Shown: positions 1-9,807, counted from the first letter of the stretch. The stretch is DNA of 64,000 nt from Clostridia bacterium (GCA_045649485.1 JAZRPZ010000112.1:2231-66230), one strand, 5' to 3'. A program made the numbers and translations. Notes: generated by a model from the sequence alone, not told the origin.

Positions 1-1173
1 CTGGACGCCTGCGTGCTCTGCGGATATCCGGGCACCATTGCCAGCACATGGCAGCAGGCGGGACGCGCGGGACGCCGAGGCAATGCATCGCTGCTCATCG
101 TGGTAGCGTCTTCCTCGCCCCTCGACCAGTACATGATAACCCACCCGGATTATTTCCTTGAGCAGTCGCCCGAAAACGCGCTGATCAATCCCGAAAACCT
201 CTATATTCTCATGAACCACATGAAGTGTGCGGCATACGAGCTGCCCTTCATTGACGGTGAGGAATTCGAATGCGAGACCGAGACCGCCGAATTGCTCGAA
301 TATCTCTGCGACGAAAACATACTGCGTCACGTTGCGGGCAGGTATTACTGGATGGCGGAAGAATTCCCGCAGGCAGGCATCAATCTGCGTTCCGCCTCGG
401 ATCAGAATTTCCTCATTATCGATATCACCGACCCGAAAAAACACAAAGTCATCGGCGAGATGGACCGTTTCACCGTGCCCATGCTTTTGCATCAGTATGC
501 CATATACATGCACGAAGGCAGGCAGTATCAGGTAGAGGAACTTGATTTCGATGATAAGAAGGGTTATGTGCGCGAAGTAAACGTAGGCTACTACACCGAT
601 GCCGACCTGACCACCTCGCTGAAGGTTCTGGACGAATTCGAGTGCGTGCCTTCCGGTTCGCTGATGCGTGCCCGCGGCGAAGTACAGGTTTCCAGCATGG
701 TAACGCTCTTCAAGAAGATGAAGTTCGATACTCATGAAAACCTCGGCTGGGGACCGGTAACTCTGCCAGAGCTTGAAATGCACACCACTGCCTGCTGGTG
801 GACCCTGCCCGACGGCATGGAAGAGCGTTATGACAAGGAATCGCTGAAGGGTGCCATGGTCGGTCTGGCGCACCTCATGCGGGGCATCGCGCCTGCGTAT
901 CTCATGTGCGCACCTCAGGATATTTCCGTTGTATATCACGTCCGCGACCCGTTCACCGGCAAGCCAACCATCTATCTCTATGACGGCGTGCCCGGAGGAA
1001 TCGGTCTTTCCGACAAGGTATTCGAAATGGACCGCGTGCTGCTTTCCCATGCCCGTGAGGTACTGCTCTCCTGCCCCTGTCCCGACGGCTGCCCCAGCTG
1101 CGTAGGCGTAGCTGCCGGCATCGGCGCAAAGTTCACTCTGGTGAGGATACTGAACGAGCTGCTGGGAGAGTGA
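1..1173 (+). CDS. DEAD/DEAH-box helicase, C-terminal part with DUF1998/MZB Cys-cluster domain (MrfA/YprA-like); 5' end lies outside the window
   Basis: Frame 1 is open from nt 1. SF2 motif VI QQAGRAGRRG is present. C-terminal cluster CPCPDGCPSC is typical of DUF1998. Stop TGA at 1171-1173. Confidence 0.8.
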   Translation: MDACVLCGYPGTIASTWQQAGRAGRRGNASLLIVVASSSPLDQYMITHPDYFLEQSPENALINPENLYILMNHMKCAAYELPFIDGEEFECETETAELLEYLCDENILRHVAGRYYWMAEEFPQAGINLRSASDQNFLIIDITDPKKHKVIGEMDRFTVPMLLHQYAIYMHEGRQYQVEELDFDDKKGYVREVNVGYYTDADLTTSLKVLDEFECVPSGSLMRARGEVQVSSMVTLFKKMKFDTHENLGWGPVTLPELEMHTTACWWTLPDGMEERYDKESLKGAMVGLAHLMRGIAPAYLMCAPQDISVVYHVRDPFTGKPTIYLYDGVPGGIGLSDKVFEMDRVLLSHAREVLLSCPCPDGCPSCVGVAAGIGAKFTLVRILNELLGE

Positions 1174-1300
1174 GAGACGGGCAGGGGCTCTGCCCCTGCA
1201 ACCCCGCCAAATGGATGATATCCCTTTGGAATCCCTATGCTGAGGGAAGGCTATTATCTGTATGTTGTCTGTCCATAGCCCGGGGGCCCACCCCCGAGCT
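1174..1300 (+). repeat. Intergenic structured repeat, family B, copy 1 (multi-hairpin 3'-UTR element starting right after the stop codon)
   Basis: Contains hairpins GCAGGGGC-tct-GCCCCTGC and CCAAAtGGAT-gat-ATCCcTTTGG, the AATCCCTATGCTGAGGG block and the CCCGGGGGCCCACCCCCGAG block. The same module order occurs on the minus strand at 38762-38889. Confidence 0.6.
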
Positions 1301-1328
1301 ACGGAGATTATTTGGGAGGTAGTTTTTT

Positions 1329-2273
1329 ATGAAGATCGTTATTACCGATGCACGTACCGTTACGCGCGGGGATCTGGATCTTAATGTTCTCACGCAGTTC
1401 GGATGCGTGGATATACATGAGATGCTGGCTAAGGAAGATTATCCTACTGCGCTGGCGGATGCCGAGATCATACTCTGCAACAAGACCATAATCGATTCTG
1501 CGCTGATGGACTGCGCACCCAACCTCAAGTATGTGGGTCTGTTTGCTACCGGCTACAACAACGTGGACACCGTAGAGGCAAAGAAGCGCGGCATCGTGGT
1601 ATGCAACGCAGGTTCTTATTCCACCATGGCTGTTGCACAGCATGTTTTCGCGATGATACTCAATCATGCCTCCCGTGTGGCTGATTACAACAGCTTTGTG
1701 CAGGATGGCGGCTGGAAGAACAGCAGCACCTTCTCCCCCTTCGTTTTCCCCACTCACGAGCTGTACGGCTGCACCCTGGGCATCGTTGGCTACGGTTCCA
1801 TCGGCAGGCAGGTGGCTGAGATAGGCCGCGCATTCGGCATGAACATAATCGTTCACAGCCGCAGCCACAAGGAAGGCGTTGAAAACGTCACTCTTGAGGA
1901 ACTGATGCGCCGCTCGGATTACATCACCTTCCACTGCCCGCTCAACGATCAGAGCCGCGGCATGGTTGGCATCAACGAGCTGAAGCTGTGCAAGCCTACC
2001 GCTTACATCGTAAACACCGCGCGCGGCGGCGTTATCGTGGAAAGCGAACTGGCAGACGCTCTTAAGGCGAATATGATCGCCGGCGCCGCCATCGATGTAC
2101 TCTCCACCGAACCCATGGCGCAGGATTGTCCCCTGTTCGGCATCGAAAACTGCACCGTCACTCCCCATGTTGCCTGGGCACCCATCGAGACCCGCATCAG
2201 ACTTATGGACATCGTATGCAACAACATCAAGTGCTTCATTGATGGCGATCCCGTCAACGTGGTAAACAAATAA
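1329..2273 (+). CDS. D-isomer-specific 2-hydroxyacid dehydrogenase (glycerate/hydroxypyruvate reductase-like)
   Basis: NAD-binding motif GIVGYGSIGRQVA. Catalytic-region motifs NTARGGVI, DVLSTEP and TPHVAW. RBS GGGAGG upstream of the ATG. Confidence 0.85.
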   Translation: MKIVITDARTVTRGDLDLNVLTQFGCVDIHEMLAKEDYPTALADAEIILCNKTIIDSALMDCAPNLKYVGLFATGYNNVDTVEAKKRGIVVCNAGSYSTMAVAQHVFAMILNHASRVADYNSFVQDGGWKNSSTFSPFVFPTHELYGCTLGIVGYGSIGRQVAEIGRAFGMNIIVHSRSHKEGVENVTLEELMRRSDYITFHCPLNDQSRGMVGINELKLCKPTAYIVNTARGGVIVESELADALKANMIAGAAIDVLSTEPMAQDCPLFGIENCTVTPHVAWAPIETRIRLMDIVCNNIKCFIDGDPVNVVNK

Positions 2274-2276
2274 AAA

Positions 2277-2312
2277 ATAGCCCTGCCGAAATCATCGGCA
2301 GGGCTATTTTAT
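2277..2312. terminator. Bidirectional intrinsic terminator between convergent genes
   Basis: Hairpin ATAGCCCTGCCGA-aatca-TCGGCAGGGCTAT flanked by an A-run and a T-run. Confidence 0.8.
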
Positions 2313-2321
2313 TCACAGTGA

Positions 2322-3254
2322 TCAGGATTTTCCGGGGAGATCGATACCAATGTGCTTTTTCAGCCATTCCTGACACAGGGGAATCCACTTGGCTGCATCA
2401 TCATCTATCTGACCGACAGTGGAGGAGGTAGACTGGTCGGAAAGCGAGAGACCATGATCGCCCTTTTCGAATACATGCAGTTCGAACGGGATACCGGCAT
2501 TTCCCAGCGCAGTTGCCATTATTGTGGAATTCTGTACAGGCACAAGGTTATCGCCCGCAGTTGCCCAGATAAACATAGGCGGAGTCTTTTCCGAGACATG
2601 GTAATTGGGGCTTATTTCGGTAAGCTTATCATCATCCGGCATAGCGGCGCCGGCAAACGCGAAATTGCACATGTGGAAAAGCTCCTTGCCGAAGCCTTCC
2701 ATCTTTTCTATCAGACCCTTCATGAATACATAATCGATCACGGGATACGCAAGTATCGCCGCCGCAGGCTTCAGCAGCGCGTTATCCACACCGAAAGGTT
2801 CGCTCATGACGGGCTTATCCCAATATACGGAATACATAGCGCAGTTGTGCACGCCTGCGGAGAAGCCGCAGATGGCCACATTGTCCATATCCACAAGCCA
2901 CTCATCGGCATATTTTCTTATCTCAAGCATAGCGCAGGCGATGTCCCGCATGGGCGCAGGATGATTGAGCCATGGTTTTGCTTCCGGCTCATTGTTTGCA
3001 GCCATCATAAATCCGCCCTTGTTTTCTGAATATACCGAATACCTGAGCACAAAGGCATGATATCCCATAGCCGCAAAACGCATGGCAACGGGTTCTCCCT
3101 CACGGTCGGAACAACCCAGATACGCGCCGCCGGGACACACTATCACCGCAGGACGCTTCTTGCCCTTCAGCATCTCCGGCGAATCATCCAGCACATATGT
3201 AGTAAGGGTAACGTCATCCCTGTCTTTCCAAAGCTTTATTTTCTTATGTATCAT
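2322..3254 (-). CDS. Alpha/beta-hydrolase fold esterase (acetyl esterase/lipase-like)
   Basis: Nucleophile elbow GFSAG, oxyanion-region VCPGGAY, C-terminal GDHGL. Start moved to MIHKK (ATG at 3254), which is preceded by GGAGGTG. Confidence 0.75.
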   Translation of the reverse strand: MIHKKIKLWKDRDDVTLTTYVLDDSPEMLKGKKRPAVIVCPGGAYLGCSDREGEPVAMRFAAMGYHAFVLRYSVYSENKGGFMMAANNEPEAKPWLNHPAPMRDIACAMLEIRKYADEWLVDMDNVAICGFSAGVHNCAMYSVYWDKPVMSEPFGVDNALLKPAAAILAYPVIDYVFMKGLIEKMEGFGKELFHMCNFAFAGAAMPDDDKLTEISPNYHVSEKTPPMFIWATAGDNLVPVQNSTIMATALGNAGIPFELHVFEKGDHGLSLSDQSTSSTVGQIDDDAAKWIPLCQEWLKKHIGIDLPGKS

Positions 3255-3330
3255 TGTCACACCTCCGCTGTTTTCCATCTCTTAACATTATAATACCATA
3301 AAAACTGTCTCAAAACAACTTATGCGGATA

Positions 3331-3370
3331 TCAAAACAACAGCGGCGCACGATGTACCGTACGCCGCCGG
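3331..3370 (-). terminator. Probable intrinsic terminator downstream of the Coat F gene
   Basis: On the minus strand a GC stem (GGCGGCG...CGCCGC) is followed by TGTTGTTTTGAT. Confidence 0.5.
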
Positions 3371-3418
3371 AGGTATACATTCACTACATAGTGACCGCAT
3401 ACCTCAATAACCGATCCT

Positions 3419-3721
3419 TTATTCCTGGCACTGAGCAGATATATTCTGCTTCATCTGCTGATACTTCTGACGCGCGGCCTCTACTTCGGGCTTGGGCGCG
3501 TTCTTGGCGGGGTACCAGCCCAGCTGATTCATCTTGTCGAATATCTCAGTCTGGTTATGCACACAGCCGTTGAAGTTGTCGGTCAGCACATTCTTCAGCT
3601 GAGGGCATACTGCCTCGGGAATGAAGGTGGAATAGGAAGTTATGAGGTACTTTTCTGAAGTGAGAAGGTCCTCCATCCTGTCCTGATCGGTCAGCGAACA
3701 GATTCTCTTATTATCCATCAT
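3419..3721 (-). CDS. Coat F domain spore coat protein
   Basis: About 100 aa helical protein whose pattern (LLTSEKYLITSY..., GWY near the C-terminus) resembles the Coat_F family. Start at MMDNK is preceded by GGAGGAG. Confidence 0.65.
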   Translation of the reverse strand: MMDNKRICSLTDQDRMEDLLTSEKYLITSYSTFIPEAVCPQLKNVLTDNFNGCVHNQTEIFDKMNQLGWYPAKNAPKPEVEAARQKYQQMKQNISAQCQE

Positions 3722-3734
3722 TATCTCCTCCTTA

Positions 3735-3941
3735 TCAACCATGACTGTTCAGATATCCGAGCAGCCTGTCGTAGCGGGCACGGTGCTCACCTGCAATCCT
3801 TGCAGACAGCTGACAAAGCTGCTGGTCAGAAAACTGACCGGAGTAGAATTCCGCCTTCTTTGCGGCGAGAAATTCATGTTTCAGCTGGTCCTCAAGAATT
3901 GTGAGGCTCTTGGACATGATGGTTCCGTTTGCTGCATCCAT
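3735..3941 (-). CDS. Small helical hypothetical protein co-transcribed with the Coat F gene
   Basis: RBS GAAGGAGG lies 9 nt before ATG 3941. The gene overlaps or abuts the downstream Coat F gene. No recognisable motif. Confidence 0.45.
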   Translation of the reverse strand: MDAANGTIMSKSLTILEDQLKHEFLAAKKAEFYSGQFSDQQLCQLSARIAGEHRARYDRLLGYLNSHG

Positions 3942-4014
3942 GATCATCATCCTCCTTCGTCGATCGGATGGTCATATTATGGCGCAAACTCGCTTTAACT
4001 AATCATGGAAAAAT

Positions 4015-4050
4015 CTGCACAAAAAACTGCCGTATGCTTACGGCAGTTTT
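4015..4050 (-). terminator. Intrinsic terminator of the XRE gene
   Basis: On the minus strand the stop TGA is followed by AAACTGCCGTA-agca-TACGGCAGTTT and then TTTTGTG. Confidence 0.8.
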
Positions 4051-4292
4051 CAGTATATTTCCTGTTCAAGGCTGCGGAATTCATCGGTATCAAAAAATTC
4101 CGTAATAGTGATTCCAAGTCCGTCGCATATCATTTTCAGCGTTACTATGCCAGGATTCTGACTTACACCGCTGAAAATGTTTTTTATTGTTGTCGGAGGC
4201 ATTCCGCACAGGTTTGCAAGCCCATTCATAGACAAATCCCGCTGTCTGCAAAGATCACGAAGCCTGTCAACCACACATTCCCTTATCGTCAT
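4050..4292 (-). CDS. XRE-family helix-turn-helix transcriptional regulator
   Basis: HTH_3 pattern LSMNGLANLCGMPPTTIKNIFSG. Start at MTIREC is preceded by GGAAGGA at 7-nt spacing. Confidence 0.75.
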   Translation of the reverse strand: MTIRECVVDRLRDLCRQRDLSMNGLANLCGMPPTTIKNIFSGVSQNPGIVTLKMICDGLGITITEFFDTDEFRSLEQEIY

Positions 4293-4420
4293 ATAATAAT
4301 CCTTCCACATTTTATGTGAAAATCCTAACAGCTTTATATGACGCAAGTAGCCCATTTATGGACTATCGGCAATTCTTATGATATAATCATACTATAAATA
4401 GCTTATGGAGGTACGAAGAT

Positions 4421-4690
4421 ATGCCTAATATAAACTACATGTCTGATGACAGGCTCGATTATCTAAAGTCATACGGCGAAACAGATGCTGTTCTCAGCAA
4501 GCTAATTGAAATACGCAGAAATCTCTATAAAAGAATCAGCGTTGTATTGCCGCCCGATGGTCAACGCGCGCTTGACGAGCTCGAACTGCTTGAAAATGAA
4601 ATACGCAAGCTGTATATGAACAAGGAATACTATGCAGGTTACGGCGCATGCCTTTCCCTGATTTCAAAAGTATCTTCCTCCGATAAATAA
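4421..4690 (+). CDS. Hypothetical 89-aa helical protein, divergent from the XRE gene
   Basis: RBS TGGAGGT before the ATG and a terminator downstream. No recognisable family. Confidence 0.5.
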   Translation: MPNINYMSDDRLDYLKSYGETDAVLSKLIEIRRNLYKRISVVLPPDGQRALDELELLENEIRKLYMNKEYYAGYGACLSLISKVSSSDK

Positions 4691-4693
4691 ATA

Positions 4694-4733
4694 TAAAAAA
4701 ACAGCTGCCGCAAAAATCGCGGCAGCTGTTTTG
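4694..4733. terminator. Bidirectional intrinsic terminator
   Basis: Hairpin ACAGCTGCCGC-aaaaatc-GCGGCAGCTGT flanked by A7 and TTTT. Confidence 0.85.
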
Positions 4734-4739
4734 CTGATA

Positions 4740-5099
4740 TCAGTCCACTGCAGGCTCGAATTCGACCTGATTGGTACCGTCCATCCACAGACGCTCGATG
4801 TTGTAGAATTCGCGCTCTTCGGGATGGAATACGTGCAGAATAACGGAAGCATAGTCCATAACGATCCAGCGGGATTCGTTCATGCCCTCGCGGCGGCGGG
4901 GCTCGATGCCCTTTTCCATGAGCTTATCATCCACGTCCTCGCACAGGGCGCGTACGGCCTGCACATTGCGCGCGGAAGCGATTACGAAATAATCGGTGAT
5001 GGAAGTCAGGTGATCCACCTGCAGTATCTGTATGTTGAGGCCGCCCTTTTTATCAAGTATCTGAGCGATCTCCAATGCCAGTTCTCTGGGCTTATCCAT
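4740..5099 (-). CDS. rsfS: Ribosome silencing factor RsfS (iojap family)
   Basis: Typical RsfS core DYFVIASARNVQAVRAL...WIVMDYASVILHVF. Start at MDKPRE is preceded by GGAGG and overlaps the upstream stop by 8 nt. Confidence 0.9.
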   Translation of the reverse strand: MDKPRELALEIAQILDKKGGLNIQILQVDHLTSITDYFVIASARNVQAVRALCEDVDDKLMEKGIEPRRREGMNESRWIVMDYASVILHVFHPEEREFYNIERLWMDGTNQVEFEPAVD

Positions 5100-6225
5100 G
5101 TCTGTATCCTCCTGATTCAATATTATTTATCATTTTCTCCGTTATCGGATGCAGCGTGCCGTGATTCTTTCCGGCATAGCTTTGGGTGAGTCTTGCGCAC
5201 TTCACCGCGGCGGCATATATATTCTGCCGCGCAAGCCTGCGTGCATCTTCCAGTCCGGGAAATTCCGCCCGATTGGGTTCTACCATATCAGCCACATAAA
5301 CTATGGCATCAAGCAGGCTCATGTGTTCGGCGCCGACGGTGTGCCTGCGTATAGCGGAAAGCACTTCTTCATCGGTAACGCCGTATTTCTTGCGGGCACG
5401 ATAAGCGCCCACCGGTGCATGAAGCACAGGCATTACAGCCTTTTCATCAGCATCTGCGCCTGCTTCATCGGCATGTTTCAGCAGCTTTTCCGGCTTCATA
5501 TACTTTGCGCAATCGTGCAGCAGGCCTGCCATATAGGCCTTGCCCACATGCGCACCGTGAATCTCCGCCAGTTCAACGCAGGTATCCGCTACTCCAAGCA
5601 CATGTCTGTACCTGCCGGGCTTCAGCTTTTCCTTCAGATCCTTCATTATCGAACTTTCAGGAACCGCGGCAATATAAAGTCCGCGGCGTGCGATATACTC
5701 CCTGACATTTGAAGGAAGCATGCCTTCACCGCTGCCTCCGGAAGCGATATTGGCACGTATCGCTGCAGAGGATATCTCCGGAATATCGGCATGCAGCGTG
5801 AGCATACCTTCCGGAACAACATCCGTTCCACCCTTGCGCACAACGCAGGCGAAACTGCATCTTTTGCGTATCTTATCAATACCCTTCCAGTTATCTACGC
5901 GGGCTGCTGCGTCCGAACCGATAATATATATCAGTTCGTCTTCGGGATACATATTTCTGAGAGACTTCACAGTATCCACTGCGTATGTATTTCCCGGACG
6001 CGTTGCTTCGATATCGCTGACTTCCGCCCCTTCGATTTCAGCGGCGGCGATCCTCGTCATCGTAAGCCTGTCTGCACGACTTGCAAGCGGCTGTTTGTAT
6101 GGCGGTTCACCGGACGGAATAAGCAATATTCTGTCCAGACCCAGTTCTTCAAGCGCCGCGCGTGCCAGTGCGACGTGGCCCGAATGCACCGGATCAAACG
6201 CGCCTCCAAGTATGCCTGTCCGCAT
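5092..6225 (-). CDS. nadD: Fused nicotinate-nucleotide adenylyltransferase (NadD) and HD-domain YqeK phosphohydrolase
   Basis: N-terminal half has GGAFDPVHSGH (the HxGH nucleotidyltransferase motif). C-terminal half has RYRHVLGV...GLLHDCAKY (YqeK HD domain). It is a single ORF. Start at MRTGILGG is preceded by GGAGGGAG. Confidence 0.85.
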   Translation of the reverse strand: MRTGILGGAFDPVHSGHVALARAALEELGLDRILLIPSGEPPYKQPLASRADRLTMTRIAAAEIEGAEVSDIEATRPGNTYAVDTVKSLRNMYPEDELIYIIGSDAAARVDNWKGIDKIRKRCSFACVVRKGGTDVVPEGMLTLHADIPEISSAAIRANIASGGSGEGMLPSNVREYIARRGLYIAAVPESSIMKDLKEKLKPGRYRHVLGVADTCVELAEIHGAHVGKAYMAGLLHDCAKYMKPEKLLKHADEAGADADEKAVMPVLHAPVGAYRARKKYGVTDEEVLSAIRRHTVGAEHMSLLDAIVYVADMVEPNRAEFPGLEDARRLARQNIYAAAVKCARLTQSYAGKNHGTLHPITEKMINNIESGGYRHG

Positions 6226-6349
6226 TCGTACAGCTCCCTCCATAGATTACACTACCATTATACACTAAAATCGTCTGATTGAAAAGAAAAACATCCGTCA
6301 ATGAATATATCATTTGCCGCGGCGCAGAATTTATGCGGAGGCGATGATA

Positions 6350-7105
6350 ATGGGACGCAGCATCGACAGGATAGTACTTATAAGCCTGCTTGCGGGTGCT
6401 TTATATGTTTTCTTTCTGAATGCCATGGGAAATATACCGCTTGCGGCAGCATCGGCATTCATCGCCATGGCAATACTGAAAAAGCTCTCATCACGTATAC
6501 CCACAGAGCGCATAGGCAGAAAACGCCGTCGTCTTGCCGATGCACGCACCGAAACCGAAAATCTTTCTCTGTCCGATGCCCGCGAAGCCGGTGAGCGCAT
6601 ATACGAAATACTGACCGCCGCTTACGGCGACAAACTCGACGGTGCTGCAATATATCCGCTTCTCCGCCATCCTGCCGGAAAAAAGCTGTCTGCCGATGAT
6701 ATCTGCGAAGCGTGGCGGACACTTTCCGCATATGATAAAGCAATTATCGTATCGACAGCCGCGGCAGACGAAAGCGCGTTCCGTATTGCGGAAAAACTGG
6801 ATCGGCCCAAAGTATGTCTGATAGATTCCGAACTGCTCATACAACTGACGGCCCGTCATTACCCCAAGCCCTCAGAACCGGCCTTCAGACCTGCGCGCAG
6901 CAGCCGCTATGCCGCTGTTATCCGCGCTGCCGGAAAAGCCAAATCAGGAAAATGTGCCGTTACCGCGCTCGCCATGCTCTTGATATTCCGGATAACCGGA
7001 ACTGCAGTCTATCTCATCGGCGCACTTATGCTGCTGTTCGTGGCAGGCGTAAGCATCCGCAAAAGGCAGGTTCCCGGAGAACTGTTCCCACAGGGCACCG
7101 CCTAA
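6350..7105 (+). CDS. Hypothetical membrane protein (N- and C-terminal TM segments with a central soluble domain)
   Basis: RBS GGAGG 8 nt before ATG 6350. Hydrophobic stretches IVLISLLAGALYVFF... and AVTALAMLLIF...LIGALMLLFVAGV. No long competing ORF on the minus strand. Confidence 0.55.
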   Translation: MGRSIDRIVLISLLAGALYVFFLNAMGNIPLAAASAFIAMAILKKLSSRIPTERIGRKRRRLADARTETENLSLSDAREAGERIYEILTAAYGDKLDGAAIYPLLRHPAGKKLSADDICEAWRTLSAYDKAIIVSTAAADESAFRIAEKLDRPKVCLIDSELLIQLTARHYPKPSEPAFRPARSSRYAAVIRAAGKAKSGKCAVTALAMLLIFRITGTAVYLIGALMLLFVAGVSIRKRQVPGELFPQGTA

Positions 7106-7118
7106 TAATGTCAGCAGA

Positions 7119-7156
7119 AAAAACTTCCGTACCGCATGTGCGATACGGAAGTTTTT
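7119..7156. terminator. Bidirectional intrinsic terminator
   Basis: Hairpin AAAAACTTCCGTA-N12-TACGGAAGTTTTT. Confidence 0.8.
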
Positions 7157-7162
7157 GGCTTA

Positions 7163-7456
7163 TCAGAGATCCTCGAGCCTGATCTTGGAATTCTCTCTTG
7201 CCTGACGGTAGATGACGAAACGGGAGCCGATTACCTGTACGGGCTCTGCATGTACACGCTCGCACAGTTCATTGCAGGCTTCGCGAGCATCGATGGGAGC
7301 GTTCTTCTGCACGGTTACCTTGATGAGTTCGCGTGCCTCAAGTGCATCCCATGCCTGCTTGCAGAGATTGTCATTGATGCCGTCCTTGCCGATGTGCAGG
7401 ATGGGATCCATGGTAGCGCCCATGGAGCGCAGCTTTGCGCGCTGTTTGGTAGTCAT
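7163..7456 (-). CDS. yhbY: YhbY/CRM-domain RNA-binding protein (ribosome assembly)
   Basis: Motif KQRAKLRSMG...ILHIGKDGI...ELIKV is characteristic of the YhbY family. RBS GGAGGG. Confidence 0.85.
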   Translation of the reverse strand: MTTKQRAKLRSMGATMDPILHIGKDGINDNLCKQAWDALEARELIKVTVQKNAPIDAREACNELCERVHAEPVQVIGSRFVIYRQARENSKIRLEDL

Positions 7457-7474
7457 ATATATTTTCCCTCCGTA

Positions 7475-8758
<1,284 letters not shown>

Positions 8759-8799
8759 TCAGCCGCGCATCCGCGGCTACTGGTATATTGAGGAGTCTT

Positions 8800-9429
8800 T
8801 TACAACTCCGGGTTGTCGCACAGACCTTCACGCAGCGGGCATCGGCTGCATTCGGGCTTTCTGGCATGACAGCAGCGTCTTCCGTGCCAGATGATGAGAT
8901 GGTGCGCATGGCTCCAGATATCTTTGGGCAGCACATCCCTCAGCTGCTGTTCCACCTTTTCGGGTGTATTTGCGTCTGCAAGACCTATCCTGCGGGACAC
9001 GCGGAACACATGGGTATCAACAGGTATCTGGTCATCGCCGAAGGCCGCAAGCAGGACCACTCCTGCGGTCTTCTGACCAACTCCGGGCAGCGCCATAAGT
9101 TCACTGCGGGTGGAGGGTACCTGTCCGTTATATTTTTCCACAAGCGCCTTGCTTGCCGCGACGATATTCTTCGCCTTATTGCGGTAAAGGCCGCATTCCT
9201 TTATCATGGGCTCCAGCTCTTCGGGAGTAAGCTGTGCCATAGCGAATGCATCGGGATACTGCGGAAAAAGACGGGCGGTCACCATGTTGACGCGCTTGTC
9301 CGTGCACTGCGCGGAAAGTATGGTCGCCACAAGAGTCTCATAGGGATTGGAAAAATGCAGCTCTGCCTGAGCCTCGGGATAAAGCTTCATCAGCTCATCC
9401 AATATCCTTTCCACGCGCGGCGCTTCCAT
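8800..9429 (-). CDS. nth: Endonuclease III
   Basis: HhH motif LPGVGQKTA and Fe-S cluster loop C-x6-C-x2-C-x5-C (CHARKPECSRCPLREGLC). Start at MEAPR is preceded by GGAGG. Confidence 0.9.
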   Translation of the reverse strand: MEAPRVERILDELMKLYPEAQAELHFSNPYETLVATILSAQCTDKRVNMVTARLFPQYPDAFAMAQLTPEELEPMIKECGLYRNKAKNIVAASKALVEKYNGQVPSTRSELMALPGVGQKTAGVVLLAAFGDDQIPVDTHVFRVSRRIGLADANTPEKVEQQLRDVLPKDIWSHAHHLIIWHGRRCCHARKPECSRCPLREGLCDNPEL

Positions 9430-9528
9430 ATACATCCTCCGTAATGCACAATAAGTCATTATATATTATACAATCCGAAAGGCGGCACGGTCAAGCATCC
9501 GCGCCGCCCGACACATAAAATAACGAAG

Positions 9529-9807
9529 CTATCGATATATTGCAATGGGTGTGAGCTGCGGTCTGCCCCTGCCGGAGTGCTCCACTCTGTAAATCCCTAT
9601 CAGATTTGTGGGCCGCTGCGCCTTTACCACCCGCTCAACTGCAGAAACATCCTCCATGCGGAATCTTACCGAAAGTCCGCAGCCCAATGCAACATCGCGC
9701 GGCGTCGTTATGACGCTGACAGGCAGGCCCTCACGTCTGAGCGCAGATTCCATAAGCAGCACCTGCTGCCTTGAACGGAACGCCGCTATTCCGAAAACAT
9801 CCTGCAC
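9529..9807 (-). CDS. DUF3343-like small protein (putative S/Se carrier family)
   Basis: Core motif ITTPRDVALGCGLSVRF. GTG start is preceded by GGGAGGG. Divergent from a class-V aminotransferase gene. Confidence 0.6.
   Translation of the reverse strand: MQDVFGIAAFRSRQQVLLMESALRREGLPVSVITTPRDVALGCGLSVRFRMEDVSAVERVVKAQRPTNLIGIYRVEHSGRGRPQLTPIAIYR

Noticed and set aside
1-1173. The DUF1998 helicase as part of a DISARM-like or other defence system
   Set aside because: Only the C-terminal part is in the window, and the downstream genes are a dehydrogenase and an esterase. There is no methylase, PLD or DUF1998-partner gene. The architecture fits the housekeeping MrfA/YprA repair helicase equally well.
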